Shown here piece by piece: positions 1-18,937 of a stretch of 64,000 nucleotides of DNA. Every line of letters starts with the position of its first letter. Position 1 is the stretch's first letter. This DNA comes from Schmidtea polychroa (lineage: Eukaryota), in the NCBI GenBank assembly GCA_044892525.1, contig CM097885.1, positions 23,438,001 to 23,502,000 on the forward strand, in the 5' to 3' direction. The position numbers and the translations under genes are program-made. Under the pieces are notes generated by a model. It searched no databases. It saw only the letters and a program-made list of their open reading frames with translations, and had not been told where the DNA came from.

Positions 1-159
1 CCTTTTTTAAGAACTTCCTAAAAATAATTTCAATCTCGCATTCCCTAAAAATTGTATTCATGAATGCAATACGCATGAATTTACTTATATTAATTTAATT
101 TATAAATAGAACAATGAAGTACAACAGTAACGACAGTCAATTAAGTTCCTGAAGTAATT

Positions 160-224
160 ATATTATTTTTGAATAACATATTATTTTTGAATAACATATT
201 ATTTTTGAATAACATATTATTTTT
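160..224. repeat. 18-bp tandem repeat (ATATTATTTTTGAATAAC) x ~3.6
   Basis: Direct reading of the repeated unit. Confidence 0.9.
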
Positions 225-1115
225 ACAAATATGTTTATAAAATGTACTTTAAAAATCCGCTGTTTTTAATACAGTAAATTCTTGATAAATGTGACATGGG
301 ATAAGTGGCACATTACTAGGTAGAAGTTAGCCCACGATGACTTATCATCTTTTCTATTTCAGAACAAAGGCAATGGTTCATAGTATTAGTCATATGTAGG
401 TCAGGGTCGTTGAGACAAAGACTCAGTAATTTTTTTAAATGATCGCAATCGTCTAATTTCTATTTTTGCCTTTTTTTTACAAAAAGGGTATTTAATGTGA
501 ATGCTTCTAAGTATTTGCAAATGTAGCCAAAATTTAAAGAAAACATTTAAATAAAGTTTTCTTTAAACAAAGTCCCCCAGCAATAATTTTCAAAGTACAA
601 TAAAACCTGCATATAAAGTACACCCTTTTTCCAAACAATTCTTCGGACGAACTCCTTATAAGAGAATTAAGGAAAAATAAAATAAGTTTGATACACCATA
701 TTCAATAAAAATTGAGGGTCTTTATATATGGTAAATGTGAAATTTAAAATTCTAGCAAATAAATTGTATATAAATATAAAAATTAAATATAAAGGATACT
801 CAATTATTTTTTAATTAAGAATTCATCAAGTTTTGTTTGCCTTTTGTTTTTCTCTAGCACTTTTCTTACTTTCTCATTAAACTACAATAAATAAAGCTCT
901 TCTTCACTTAATCATTTGCATTAATCTTTCTCGTGTCTCTTTTCCTAACATATCATTCTTACTCTCATTTTCTTCATCTTGATTAATTAGATAATCGTCT
1001 AATATGGCATCAAGAATTTCATTAGTTCGAAATATTATAGGTTTCAACAACATTAACCTCATTGTTTTTCGATAGTCTGCCTCTATAATGAAATTCCTCC
1101 GTCAGCAATTGACAT

Positions 1116-1245
1116 TATTCCCGACTGTTTGTCTTCCACCGCTTGAACACATCCAAATATTTTGCGGCTTCTCTTACACTTTTATTCCTTCGTAGATTAT
1201 CTATAATCTTTATCTTCTCAAAATCCACGAACTGTCCTTTTAGTA
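1116..1245 (-). pseudogene. Relic Tc1/IS630-type transposase N-terminal helix-turn-helix
   Basis: Minus-strand translation KGQFVDFEKIKIIDNLRRNKSVREAAKYLDV resembles the LSDFEKGxI...SxREIAxxL HTH start of Tc1-like transposases. It is flanked by stops and no TIR pair was found. Confidence 0.35.
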
Positions 1246-1386
1246 TAACAATTTGATATCAGTTTGAACTTTCGATTTTCATCTCTTTCTTTCTAATTGA
1301 CATTATATTTATTAAAAAGTTGACTATGAATCTGTAAAAATATCGATGGTCAGGAATTTTCGGTATCATCTGTTTTAAGTGAATTT

Positions 1387-1432
<46 letters not shown>

Positions 1433-3315
1433 AAAATGCATAATTTAGGTATAGTCCTAAAAAAATAATGCATAAACAAAAAAAATTTTGAGAAAGGGAA
1501 AAACTATTTTCTTGAGTGCGTTTCAGACCTAAAAATACAGCGCAGAAAAATCATTTAGCTGTTTTATTTTAATTTGACTATTTTGTGTTAAATCCTAAAA
1601 TGTTTTGTTTTTTTACATTTTAAGTTAAAAATAGCAAATGCAATTTTTTCCACATGACTATACTCGTCATTAAACAAATAATTACCACTCATTCTTGAGG
1701 AGTATTTAATAAATAAATGCAAAAATTATAAATTTTATAAAAATTCGTGATCTTATTTCAAAAAACCAAAGAATCTAACTATAAATTAAAAAAATTTTTT
1801 TTAATTTAATATTATTAATTTAAAAACTATTTGCAGCATTTAATTGAAACACGAACTAATTAAAATAAATAAAACTTAAATACACAATTTTATAAAGCAA
1901 ATAATTTAGAATTTATTCATTTTAAATTTGATTTGAAAAGTTTATTTAAAAATGTCTCTGATATATTCAATTGTTGTAATTTAATCAACAAACAAATCAC
2001 AACAACCATCATTAAAATTCTAGTTTTTTTTTTAATTATTAGTGGAAATTTTTTTAAAATTAATCGATGATTGAGAAAAATCTGAAAATCTATGGCATTT
2101 GATTGGCATATAGTTGCAATTATTGAAATTGTAGCTATTGGTTTAAAGGGAAGAAAAATTTTGAAAACGAATTTAGGCCAAATATTTTTGTCGATTATCA
2201 ACAAAAATTAGGCATAATTTCTAAAAATATCAACCAATAGGAAATTGCATCATTTGTTTTATCAGAGAATAAAAGACAGTAATAAAGAAAATGGCCTAAA
2301 AGTTGAATAATTAAAATCAGTTGTAGAATAAAATATTTTGAGACTCCTGAATTTTGTTTATTGTTGCTTGGAATTAACACAAATATGATTGTTGTTTACA
2401 CTTTCTCGAATTAATTACTGATTTAAATATCAACTTTTTCTGTGATAATAATAATTTCAGATCGTCAAATTTTTGACAATAATCGTAATTTTTTTGTTCA
2501 TTTTTAATCTGTTTTTTCTTTTATTTTTGAGGCTTGAATTATAAAACAAATCAACAAATAGGGGAAAAATAGCAATATCTAAAAAATGATTTAATTTAAT
2601 AATACGAGATAATTTCAGGTCGTGTTATAATATTTTTTCCACAAAAAAAAACAATAATTTTTTTATTCAAATGTGTTTAACAATAGATTATTAAACAAAG
2701 ACTTAAAAAATATCAATGCAATAATATTAATTATTTTTTTCCAATGCCACAAAAACAATATCCCGAACCTCAGAGGGTATAGGAAGCTAGAGATAAAAAA
2801 GTATGAATATGAAATTGCCCGGGGCGTTTAAAACGAGGAAGGGTTTAAGTCAAAGTTTTACAGACAAATATATACCAATATACCAACATCTGAATATATA
2901 AATTTCTTCGATTTTCAAAAATGTTTATAGCATAAAATGCATAATTTAATTACAATGCTTTTTCTCAATACACAATTATCATCAGATAAATATTTATGGT
3001 AACATTCCCTAATTTTGTTGGGTATATGCAAGAGTTTAATTGAAAATTTTCACGATTATAATCTTTTTATTATAAATAATACAAGTACAAATTGACAAAG
3101 GTTATTTAGAAATGTAAAAAAATACTTAATCCTAAATAAGTTGTTTTTGACAACTGAAAAGTTAATCATAGGTAAGTTAAATGAATAGTGAAAATTCCTA
3201 AGATATTGAAATATTTACGCGACTAGAGATGATTCGTTGATTAGTTGATTAGATATAACGCCAGTAATAATAACAATTAAAACATAATAAATATTATGTC
3301 ATTTTAAAAACTTAC

Positions 3316-6300
3316 CATTTCGAATTTAAGTTCTGATTTTACATTTATACTATTGACCGTTTCTGGTTCAGCATTACTATCACTGCAGTTCTCATTGAAG
3401 GCCAACATTATTCTTTTCTTCAAGGGTAAATCGTGTTTCGATGGATTTAAACGGTTCTTCATCATCTTGTCTTTGAAAGAAATATAATCAGATTGTATGT
3501 TAGATGGCTGACAATTAGTATCAGTAGTTTCATGGGTAACGGACAATGATTTACTGTCACAAGCTTGTATGGACGATGAAGACGATATCATCGAAGATAA
3601 TGATACTTTATAATTATTATTATTGTTGTTCGTAGATTTTGCTTGAATTTCTTTAGGCTGGACTGTATTGGACACTTGAACATCTTTCGAATGCTGCTTA
3701 TTTGAAGGGCAATTGTTTAGTGACCTTTTCAATAGATTCTCTACCATCTGATCTGCCGTTTCTTTAATACTCAATTTATTATTCTGATTGTGGAAAGTTG
3801 ACAGGGTCGGTTTAGTTATTATAGAATTGGTAGATAAATTGAGATTAGAATTGTCAGATATACCATTCTCTCCCAGAGACTCTGGCCGTTCGAAATCGAT
3901 AAACGAACAAAAATTGCTTCTATTTGTCTTTTTGTTTGATATATTATTTATAGATTTTGTTGAAGAGTCGTCGGAATTATGAGCCGACATAAAGTTTTTA
4001 TAGTTGAATGACTTATCAATTTCTGCATTCATGTTCTTTTTCCCATCGAGTTTATTCCTCAAGGATTTATTGAAATGCTGATTGATCATGTCATCATTAT
4101 TGATGACAGTGTTGGATGTTGAATTGGGCATCAGGTATGATATTTCTTTGGAATCTCGAAGAATCTGATGCGTATCGACATTATTATTATTATTATTGTT
4201 GTTGTTGTTATTATTATTATTCTTAATATTCGCCTTAACGGTTTGGGCATTCAATTTTGAACTATTATTGGCGATTAATAATTCTATACTCCTCTGAACT
4301 GAGTCGTTGTGATTATATTTTACGCTATCGTTCGTCTGACGAGAATCTTTTGATGACAACAATTTACTATTGACATTTCTCTGATTTTGATTCTCTTCCA
4401 TTTCTCTCAGTTTATATTGCCTAAATGTAATATATTTCAACATTTAAATGTAAAGCAAATAAACAATTAATACAAGAAATAATTCATAAATAACTCATTC
4501 AAATAAAAATTATTTATGTAGAATAATTAATCTATTAAACAATTTCTCAGTCCATTTGACAATATTAGAATTGTAATTTCAACATCAACCTAGAATTGAC
4601 ATTAAAACTCGATCCAATCTTCCTATTCCGCCTTTATGACAACACATCAACTTTAACCTTTGAACTGCCTAGTTAATGACAAATGTTGATCGGTATCAAA
4701 AAATTGCGAAAAATCACAGAAAATTAAAAATTATATTCATGCACTTTTTGAAAGTTTTTTTTATCACAATTAAAATTATTTCCAATTCAAAATTATCATT
4801 GCTAGTACAGCAATTACATAACTAGCAATGATGTAAGACTAACATTTGATTACCATTTGAACCAGTGTTTCTCAAACTATGGGTCGCGACCCACATTTAT
4901 TTTAAAATTAATCTTTGTCATGTGGGTCGCAATAAAATTTTTGGCATGAAATGTCAAAAATTTGGGTCGTGATCAAAAAAGTTTGAGAACCACTGATTTG
5001 AACCATCAAAATACATAATAAAATGCAATGAAGCCAAAAATAAAAAATTCAAAGTTTATTTTTATTTCCAATAGTAGAAATAAATAATTCATTGGTTCAT
5101 TATATTGCATCCATTTTGAATTTCAAATCTTTCTTACTAAATTACAAAAAACCAGTAAAGGATAACCTCAAATATTTCGAATTGTTTTTGTCGCTTTAGT
5201 CAAAATTCCTAAGATTAAAACCTTGGTAAAAATTGTAAAAGTTTTTTGGTCATCCTCAAGAATTATATTAATCCGTTGCCATCTGATAAACCAAGCACTT
5301 GTTATCCATTAATATTATTGAAGGGTCACTTTAATAACAAGTCACAGGGAAAAAAAAGTATTTTTAAAGAAACATTTGTTTGGACAAGGCATTTTAAAAT
5401 TTTCATACAAAAATGTTGGCTAATTATAAATTTGACGAAAGGAATTTATTATTTTATGATCAAATGTAAAAAATAAAAAAGTTGATTTGTAAATAGGCTA
5501 TAAATTCCACTGCCAATGAAGCATAACAGTACCTAATGAGCATGAATACTGGATGATAATTAAAATTTTCACCCCAAAATTATAAATTACTGACCAAGAC
5601 AATATTTTTTTTACATTTAAATTGATCCAGTTTCAAAACCTTTACAAATCACATATAATTAAGAGATAATAGTAAATGCTTCACATTAAATGCTGAACAA
5701 ATCAACTAATGATAAAGGTGTTCTGGCAAATAAAAATTGTGATCGGTAATAATAAAATGAGCAACCTGCGTATCATTCTATGTAAAGATTTAGAATTTTC
5801 ACTAATCGTTTTTTTCCATTTAAATACGATAAGATAGTTAACTTATAAACGCGAAAATTATTAGGAAATACTGTAAAACATTGGTTCCAAAACCTTCGAA
5901 GCCCTTCAAAGCATAAAAATGTACACGGAGCCGAGCGGTTCACTAATTTGTCGTTGCCAAACGAGTTGGCAATTATCAAAAATTTTACGGAGGAGACTTA
6001 GCTTCTTTTCCGAGTTATCGAGGTCCGCAGAGCACACATTGAAAACTATTGCTTTAGAAGAAACTTATTTACTCGAAATATCTATGTAAAAATTATTAGA
6101 ATGGATCCAGTTGAATCATTGAACTCTTTCAGGAAGTATTATTAATTTGAGTCAAATTTACGAGAATCCTTATCAATATAATTAACCTAAGAATGTACAT
6201 ACAAAATAGTACTTTCAAATTCTTGCCAAAAATTAAATTATCATTACTGGAAAGCCAAAAATTGAGGAAATTGATCTATAAAATTTTTCAAAACTTTTAA

Positions 6301-9300
6301 TTTCTAATTAAATTGAGCTCATTAATTAACATTTTAATTAATTCAATTTGATAAATTTTAACTAAAATTCATATTGCTGCTAATTATTTTTTCATAAAAT
6401 ATAACTATTCAGGAAATCATTAAACTAAAATTAACAAAAAGAAGAACGACTGAAATAACACTTCATATGGAACGGAAAGTTCCATTTCAATAATTTTATA
6501 GCAACTAATCACCAAGTAAATCAGTCAAGTAATTAAAATATTTTGTATTTACTATAATTGTAACTTTTTATTTTTAGATTTGTGAAATTTTTGGGTATTG
6601 AATTATTCGAAACTGAGTTTATAAATTCTTTGACATGGGCGCCCGCGGAGAGAGATAAGGGGGACAGTTGACCCCTGGATTGATTGAAAGTAGTCAAATA
6701 ATAAAAAAATTAATAAAAAATTTGTTGCTGCAGTATGTTCTTCATTACTAGTGTCCTGTCCGTTCGTTCACCATACAAATACGCTACAGTAAATTAAAAC
6801 TACATTAAAACATTACTAAAAATATTTTGCCCTCCTAGAAAATTTCTGAGGACGCCCATGTTCTTTGATATCTTCATCCATTAATAATTAACACTAAAAT
6901 TATTCTCTTGCTATTGCTATCTATTCATTGTAACATTAAAATTTTTCCAGTAATAAAACAGCTTTCACCCTGCTAGTGACCCTAGCAAATTTATGCCATT
7001 ATGCTCATTTTTAAATTGTAAAAAATATTTTCATTTGAATTCTTGCCATTTTGCCATAATTGCACTAAATGTTTATTTTAATTAAAAAAAATTTTGAACG
7101 GAAAGACACGCATTAATTTAAAACGATGATAATTATGAATAATAATTTATGAATAATAAATTAAAAAATTACTAAAACCGGATATAAAACATGAACGAAA
7201 AAAACCAAAAAAAGTTAGTGAAGTTTTTTGAAAGTTATTAAATTCTTATCCGGGTAAAGGTGACTAGATCAAGTCTTATCTTGACAAATAAGGATATAAA
7301 TATGCCATAATGGTGAACATCGTATTTCTATAAAATTAACCATCTAGACAGTTTCTAAATGGGGTTATCTCTCTTAAATTTGATTTTTCCAATCACGTAA
7401 ATTGTTAGACTAACACACTGATAATCATATTTGCCGAGGGTGGTCATAATATGTAGCTCTAATTATCTACCAGAAATGGTTAACATATAAATACAATATC
7501 ATATATATTTTTTATTTGTTAGTTTAGTCAGTTTGGCTAACATGCCTATATATTTCGAATAATAAGTAACCTCTATATTTTGTACAACATATATTATAAA
7601 TGACTATCCAAGGACTTTATGACTGAAAAAAAATTACTATAGTCGATTTTTTAATATATGCGATAAAATTTACACAATATTTAATATACTAGTCATATTA
7701 CTACGAAAACTTTACTATAGCCTACTTAACAATATCCGGAAAACACTGTGCTGCAATGTGACAATCAGCACAACTTACCTTGGGTTGTGGGTCACGATAT
7801 TGATTTGTACCAAAAATAAAGTCTATAGGTCATTTAAAGTTTATTGATGTTTGCTAATTTAAAACTACATTTTGTTCAATATTTATTAAGAATACTGGTA
7901 TTTAAATTAGAACCGGTTTGATGTGAGATCAAAAGTTATCCGATTTCACCATATCATCAACACTTCAAACTGATCATTTTACATGGCCTCCAAGTTTCGT
8001 TGATTTTTCGGAATAAGTCCTTGAACATTAAGTGAAAAACGAAATTGAAATTGAAACTTTTGACAAATATAACAATAAATGACTTCGGTAATTACTACAC
8101 AAATTTATTATTTTTGTGTCACACCCTCAAGTAACTTCAATGTGATAAAGTTTTATCAAAACTTTAAATTCTTCATATAGTCGAAAAGCAACTAACTTTG
8201 ATAGTAACATTTTAACCATTAACGCAATTTCTTCAAACAATGACAAAAGAAATACTGTTACTAAAAGTACCAGAACAAGTATGACAAGAAGCACTTAACG
8301 AGAACTATAAGTAAAACATGATCTAACAAAGATTATAACTCATCATTCTAATATTTAAAAGGATTATTCTATTACTGTACAGATAGATCCTAACAGTGAA
8401 GCTGCAAAAATGTTAGAGAAGCTCATCTGCTAGCCGAGAAAAAAACTTTAAAAAATCATATATGAAGAGAAACAATTCCATACAATTAGTAGATTTATCC
8501 TGTTAGACTTAAAAAAAATTCTAGAGAAAAAATGCAAATTTCAAATATTTCAGTGTTTCATTCCAATGATAGATTTGATAAATTTCCTAGCCAATTCAAA
8601 ACCTGACAGGGTTCCCAAAAAAAAACAGTTACGAAAAACACGAAATTCCTTCAACTGATCAGAATATTTAGACTAAATAACAATATTTATTTTATTAAAT
8701 CTGTTTACTTTGGAAAATTAACAAATCTAAATGCATTCCAGATGACTTTTGGTGAAATTATAGCAGTAAAATTAATTCACTATTAAATATGATATAGAAA
8801 TTGCTACAGAATTACAACATCAACATATCTAATAAATCATAACATTTTTTTAGAGAAATAACAATAGTATATTTAATTATAATGCGTACTATATTATATT
8901 GTTAGTATGTCTTTTATTAACCTGCCAGACACCTTTGCAATTAATCTATTCATATGGCCTAGGCTCATTTAGTAATACATTTCTGTCACTTAAGACCTTT
9001 ATTTGTTTATTTGAAAAAAAGCATTTACTAAACCCTGAATTTATTTAAATGCTATTTTTGTGGAAATCAGGACTACAATGGATATAATTTCATAATTTAA
9101 TTTTCAAATTAATGCAACAATGCTGGCCAATAAATTGTCAAATTATCACGGAAATGAAATCTGTTCCTGACACGTTTTGCACCCTTAACCGGTTAGGATA
9201 GTTTTTCTTCAAATTTAATATATTAATAAAATAGTTAGACAAACGGGAATTGCAAAACAATAAGACCGCTATTAATACATTTGAATATTTCCAAATCGGA

Positions 9301-11497
9301 TTGAAGTAATCAACCTTTAAAAATTTCATCCTTTTCCATTTATAAATTTTTATTTAAAATGAGTAAAATATTTCCACTACTAAATTTGGCAAGAATTTGT
9401 ACTCTTGACATATTTAAAAAAAGAATTTAAATTTCAATATAGCATTAATATATACCAGCTTGTAACAAGAAAGCCTTGATCAACATTGCTTAACCTCAAA
9501 ATAAAATTACATAATATATCTTTTAATAAATGTTTTTTTTATTTCTATTATTATTAAAATACTTTTTAGCTATATTTTGCCAAATTGATCAAAATGGACT
9601 AGGATGTTCCCCAAATCACTAAAACTCAATTTGAGATGTTTGAAATCAGGCATAGAATATGCAGTTTCAATTTATTCATTAATATATAAGCAATTCATCA
9701 AAAATAAGAAATTTATGCTAATAATGCTTCCATAATTTAAAAGTCTTTATTAATCCATAAATTAAACAATTTTACGTTTGTTTAAATATTAACAATAATA
9801 GCCTTCGTCCATTTTAATTTTTAAATGACAGTTTAATGGAAATTCAATAAAAATGATTATTTTAAAAATTGAATTTAATTATCATTTGATTTACTAATTT
9901 TATTTCATTCGAAAAATGAAAACTAATTGAAGTCGAAACATGTATAAATTAAATGTTTAACTTGTTATGATTAGCAAATATAGACATAAAATAATATTAA
10001 ACTTTATTTTTAATTAGAAACTAAATAATTTCTAAGACCAACATTTGCCTTAATTCTTGTCTGTGAATGCGGACAATAAACTACTTATCGGAACTATCCT
10101 CATTATAAAATTAATCCAAATAATACGATATATTTAATTGAAATTCTTAAATCTAGCAATTATAATTTTTGTTAGTTATTAATAGAACATAATGCAAAAA
10201 TTTGTATTATAGCCACTGAATTGTCGAAATATTTACTGTGGAAAACACTACACAAAATTCAAACAGTTAGAAAAAGAAATTGCTTTATCACAATAAGCTG
10301 AATTATGAAAACAAAGATTATTAATAACCTAATGTCAACGTAAAAATTGTATTTTCATAGACTGGAAATTATATAGTTTAGAAATCAACAAATATGTCAG
10401 ATTATTAATCAAATTTTAATGAAAATTAAAAGAAATTACCTATTAATTTCAGCCAAATTTTCAGGATTGTACGACAGTTTGTCTAAAAATTTCGTTAAAA
10501 TTGGAATTTCCGTGACTTTTGAATTTAATGGACCTTTTAATAGTAATGAATTATTTATTTCGTTACTGGTATTTAAATTCATATTTGATGGAGCTGGTGA
10601 GAAGCTAACAGTAGATTTAATATTATTACTATTATTCATGTTGAGTTGGGTGGCTTTCGACGTTTGACCAATTAACATGTATCCCTGTGAATTGGCACCC
10701 GAAGATGTGCGAGGAGATTGTTTTTGAAGAGCATTAATTAATTGTTGAGCGACATTAGAATCTGATTGAATAAGAGATAAATTTGAATTGACTGGAGTTG
10801 AATTAATTGGCTTTGAATTTTGTTGGGAACTCAATCGATTTATTGCTTCTAATATCTGAACGTCAACATTACTCATTGAAAGAACCGTAGCGTTTTGACT
10901 CTGTGAAGCGACTGGAGATGAACTTATTGTTATTGCCGATAAACTATTCGTTGAATTGTTAACAATTAAAGGCTGATTAGAAACAGTGGGCTTACAGCCA
11001 TCTGACATATGATTATTGGCTTGTTTGGATTTGTCATTTTGCAAAATTAAATTTTGTTGTATTAAATATAAAGCTTGTCGGATATTAGTTGCAGTTGAGT
11101 CTTGAGAGCTAGTTGGAATTCTTATCATTTGTGCACAATCTAATGGAATTTGAGAATTTTGATTTACTTGCAGCGGGGTTGGAATAATAGGAATTGATGA
11201 CTGATTTTGTCTATTAATTAAATGCATGGGGGGTGGTTGCATCGCAGCTGCTATACGCTTAACAACTTCAATTTGACTTAAAGTATTTGAATTATTAGAA
11301 TTAGATGAATTTAATTGAAAAGAATTATTCATTCTTGCTGGTTGTTGCTGTTGAGTTACAACAAGGTTAGGATTATACAAAAAAGGATTTCCACTTACTG
11401 AGACTTGGGGACGAAAGGTTTGATTTCCATTTTGACTTGAAGATTGACAATTAATATTTTGTTCAGGAAATAGATTTCGATTATTTTTCGGGAGCAT
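3316..11497 (-). CDS. Unidentified Q/N/S-rich, probably nuclear protein; exons 11497-10440 and 4420-3316, further 3' exon(s) unresolved
   Basis: Two long ORFs (353 and 379 aa). Donor AG|GTAATT at 10440 and acceptor TTTAG|G at 4420 join in phase (..EINR-QYKLRE..). A second donor ATG|GTAAG lies at 3316. Basic motif HDLPLKKR. No domain recognised. Confidence 0.75.
4863..4995. mobile_element. hAT (Charlie-like) MITE
   Basis: TIR CAGTGTTTCTCAAACT / AGTTTGAGAACCACTG; perfect 8-bp TSD ATTTGAAC; internal GGGTCG repeats. Confidence 0.92.
5879..6051. mobile_element. Old hAT (Charlie-like) MITE
   Basis: Degenerate TIRs CATTGGTTCCAAA / TTGAAAACTATTG; flanks CTGTAAAA and CTTTAGAA (6/8 match). Confidence 0.5.
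6634..6860. mobile_element. hAT (Tip100-like) MITE
   Basis: TIR CATGGGCGCCC / GGACGCCCATG; perfect 8-bp TSD TTCTTTGA. Confidence 0.9.
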
Positions 11498-12209
11498 TGA
11501 TTATAAATTTATGAAATGACAATCATTAATTATAAACAATAGACAAATATAAATAATCAATATGCCTAAATTAACTTGCGTACTTTAAATTATATATTTT
11601 CGTGATATGATTGGCTTTTCAGTGTTAGAGCAAATTGAATGTGTGTCAATGCATGCCGTTCTAGATAATGCTGTAATACCTAGCTACTGATTCAATTCAC
11701 TAAAATTCATTAAAAAATTCGGTGGAAACAAAAGTATGTCGGCTGTGATCACGTGATTTTTCATCCTGAATAAGCATAATTTCTTGCATGTATGCACTTA
11801 TTTATGGCGCGTCATTAAATAGGGTGAAAATAATCTTTTAACTGAGCATTGATTTTTAATTTTCATAAACAGGTTTGTTGATTGGCCAACTAAATTTTTC
11901 TCGCCCCATAACTTAACATACGTGAATTTTATTGAGTATCATACTTGAAATGTTTTGTACATCAATTTATTATAAATCAAAGTTTTAAATTTATAAATTC
12001 GTTGGGAAAAAGCTTAAAAATAATTTAATTAATTAAAAAATACTTTTTTGATAGAATGCTGTTTAAATAAAAGTTATATGATTGTTAGTTAATTTGTTTA
12101 AATGCATCTTTTAATTTATTTCATTTTGAAATTCGTTGGTTTTAATTTAAATATTATAAATCTTATTTACAAATAAGTTTTGCGCTTCTAGTGAAGTTTA
12201 TTATATAAA
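11498..12209. promoter_or_regulatory. Probable bidirectional promoter between the Q/N-rich gene and SMARCD
   Basis: Divergent start codons with ~710 bp between them. Palindromic E-box ATCACGTGAT at 11748-11757, YY1-like ATGGCG at 11804, ATTGG (CCAAT) at ~11881. Confidence 0.55.
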
Positions 12210-16721
<4,512 letters not shown>

Positions 16722-18089
16722 ATAGCCGCATTTTCTTTTGTATAAATAAATGTCATTTGATCAACTTTTGCTATTTTATTAAAATTAAATCATTAAAAAT
16801 TTTTTTGAAGTGGGATTAATTCATATTGTCAAAAAATTCATTACCATGGTGACCAAACTGGGTTTCTATGTAACTTTTTTATTGTGCTTGATAAAAAATT
16901 TTTATTTGTTATTTATTCAAAACTACGAAATTTGTTTAAATTTTTGAGGTTAATTAAACAAAAATAATTATTGAATGGGTAAAATGATGATGAATGATTG
17001 GAGTGATGTTCTGGAACTCTAAAATGAAAGGGAACAGCAGAAAATTGAATAAAAAATTCTTAATTAACAAGTACAAGTGCAAAAGAAGCGAAAAAATATT
17101 TACATCTTGTTATCTCGATGGCCTATTCGAGATAAGTGAGAAAAGTCACACGATGAATCTGAAAGATCGGATCGTCAAATAATGCATATCGACAACTGTC
17201 AGATATTACGAAGTGACGAATGGAACTGGTGGGGAAAAAGAAATGAATTATCAAAAAGTGTCACTATATGTCAAGGTATAAAAAATGAACTAGGAAAATT
17301 TGCAACGAAGAGAGAAAATTTGATAAAGTAGAAAAATCTACGAAGAGAGAAAAGAATTTATGAGGAGATTTGAAGTAAATTGTTGAGAATCACGAAAGGG
17401 TTGGAAGATACTCAATTCAAGTTAAAGACAATCAGATAAATTTTTGCGAATCGTTAGTTACCGGCAGTAGTGAATTGATCGTGCTCTTAGAGTATTATTA
17501 TTGTTGTGCTATTCCTCCCAAAGTTTTAAAAAAAAAATAAAATTTTACATATTTGGAATTTGTCATTGTCGTTATTAAATAACATGCTAGGAGTCAGACT
17601 TGTAATAGGTAGTTTGATAACCACTGGCAAACTACAATATGCTCAACATTAAGATATTTGTATTATTATTGAAAAGAGTTACAGTGCACAAACTCATATT
17701 TAGGTCTAAATGTAGTTGTCATATTATTATTCATAATTTTAGGGTAATATTATAAAAACACAATAAAAAAAAAATGAACACAAAAATAATAAAACTGACA
17801 AAATGTATATTGATCGGGGGAAACGGGTATGGTTGAAAGCTAAATCATGAGATGAGTCCAAATACAATAAAAATTTAGTGAGGGATTTATTTTAAAAGTT
17901 ATAAGGAAAAAACAAACCAAATAAAATTAATTAATCAGCTAATGGGAAGTTCGATTCAGTTAGAGCTTAGCAGCAGGGGAAATTATTAAATGATCAGATT
18001 GATTTTAGATAAATCATCAAAAGCGAGGTTGAACAATTTGCTTGTTGTGAAGACTTGAATTTCGGAAATAATTGCTGACTGATAATTAA

Positions 18090-18937
18090 CCTTCTAGTAG
18101 AGATACCTCGAGAATAGGATCGAGTGACGGTACGGGGTACAAAATTACCCCAGATTAAAACTGAGTAATAATAAGCTATAAGCTAATATAAAAGTGCGAG
18201 CTTAACGGCACGTGCTCGACTCCAAGCGCAAAAATAGCAACAAGGTCAGTCAGCGAGCGTTCGATAAGTTATTACGCAAAATAATATTTTTTTTAGTAAG
18301 GCTACAAATTAAAATTATTTAGTGAGTAAAAATATATATAAAACACGTAATATAAAAACACAAGATAAAAATCCAAAATACTATAAACAATAAATGGCAT
18401 AAAAATATGAATTATTCCGCTACAATTCTATGACAATCCTGAGAAGATGACTTCTTTTCGCTATGAACATTGCAAATGGATTTTTAGTATTTATAGTAAA
18501 ATATACGAGTTTTCCTATCAGGAATTCTTGGACAAAAAGTATATCTAGATGATTTTGCATTACCAGTGCTGGATGATGTTGCAATATCAGTGCTCGTACT
18601 GTCGAAGTTCAGGTTTTCAAAGTCTAATTTGTAATCTTCATCACTATCAATTTCTTCTTCCGAAGAATTGAGCAAATTTTCATATTCATCCATATTAAAA
18701 ATGGCTAAAATGTAAAATTGATTAGTAAAATTATATAGAAAATAATTGATAAAATTTTATTAAAACTACGATATTATTTTTATCTTTTAATATATTTATA
18801 TTTTTTTTTGCATTAAATTCATTGGGATATCTTTGTAGATTACAAAAAATATCAGATAAATATCATTATTATATTACAGATGGTTTAAAAAATAAAAAAT
18901 TTCGGGTATAAATGCACCCCGCTTAGGTGCGTGAAGG
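18090..18937 (-). mobile_element. Non-autonomous piggyBac-like element retaining the acidic transposase N-terminus (18484-18693)
   Basis: TTAA|CCTTC ... GAAGG|TTAA ends; related subterminal GGGGT..ACCC motifs at both ends; ORF MDEYENLLNSSEEEIDSDEDY is typical of piggyBac N-termini. Confidence 0.7.

Noticed and set aside
16994..17500. Purine-rich stretch resembling a decayed non-LTR retroelement
   Set aside because: No diagnostic RT or endonuclease motif could be read.
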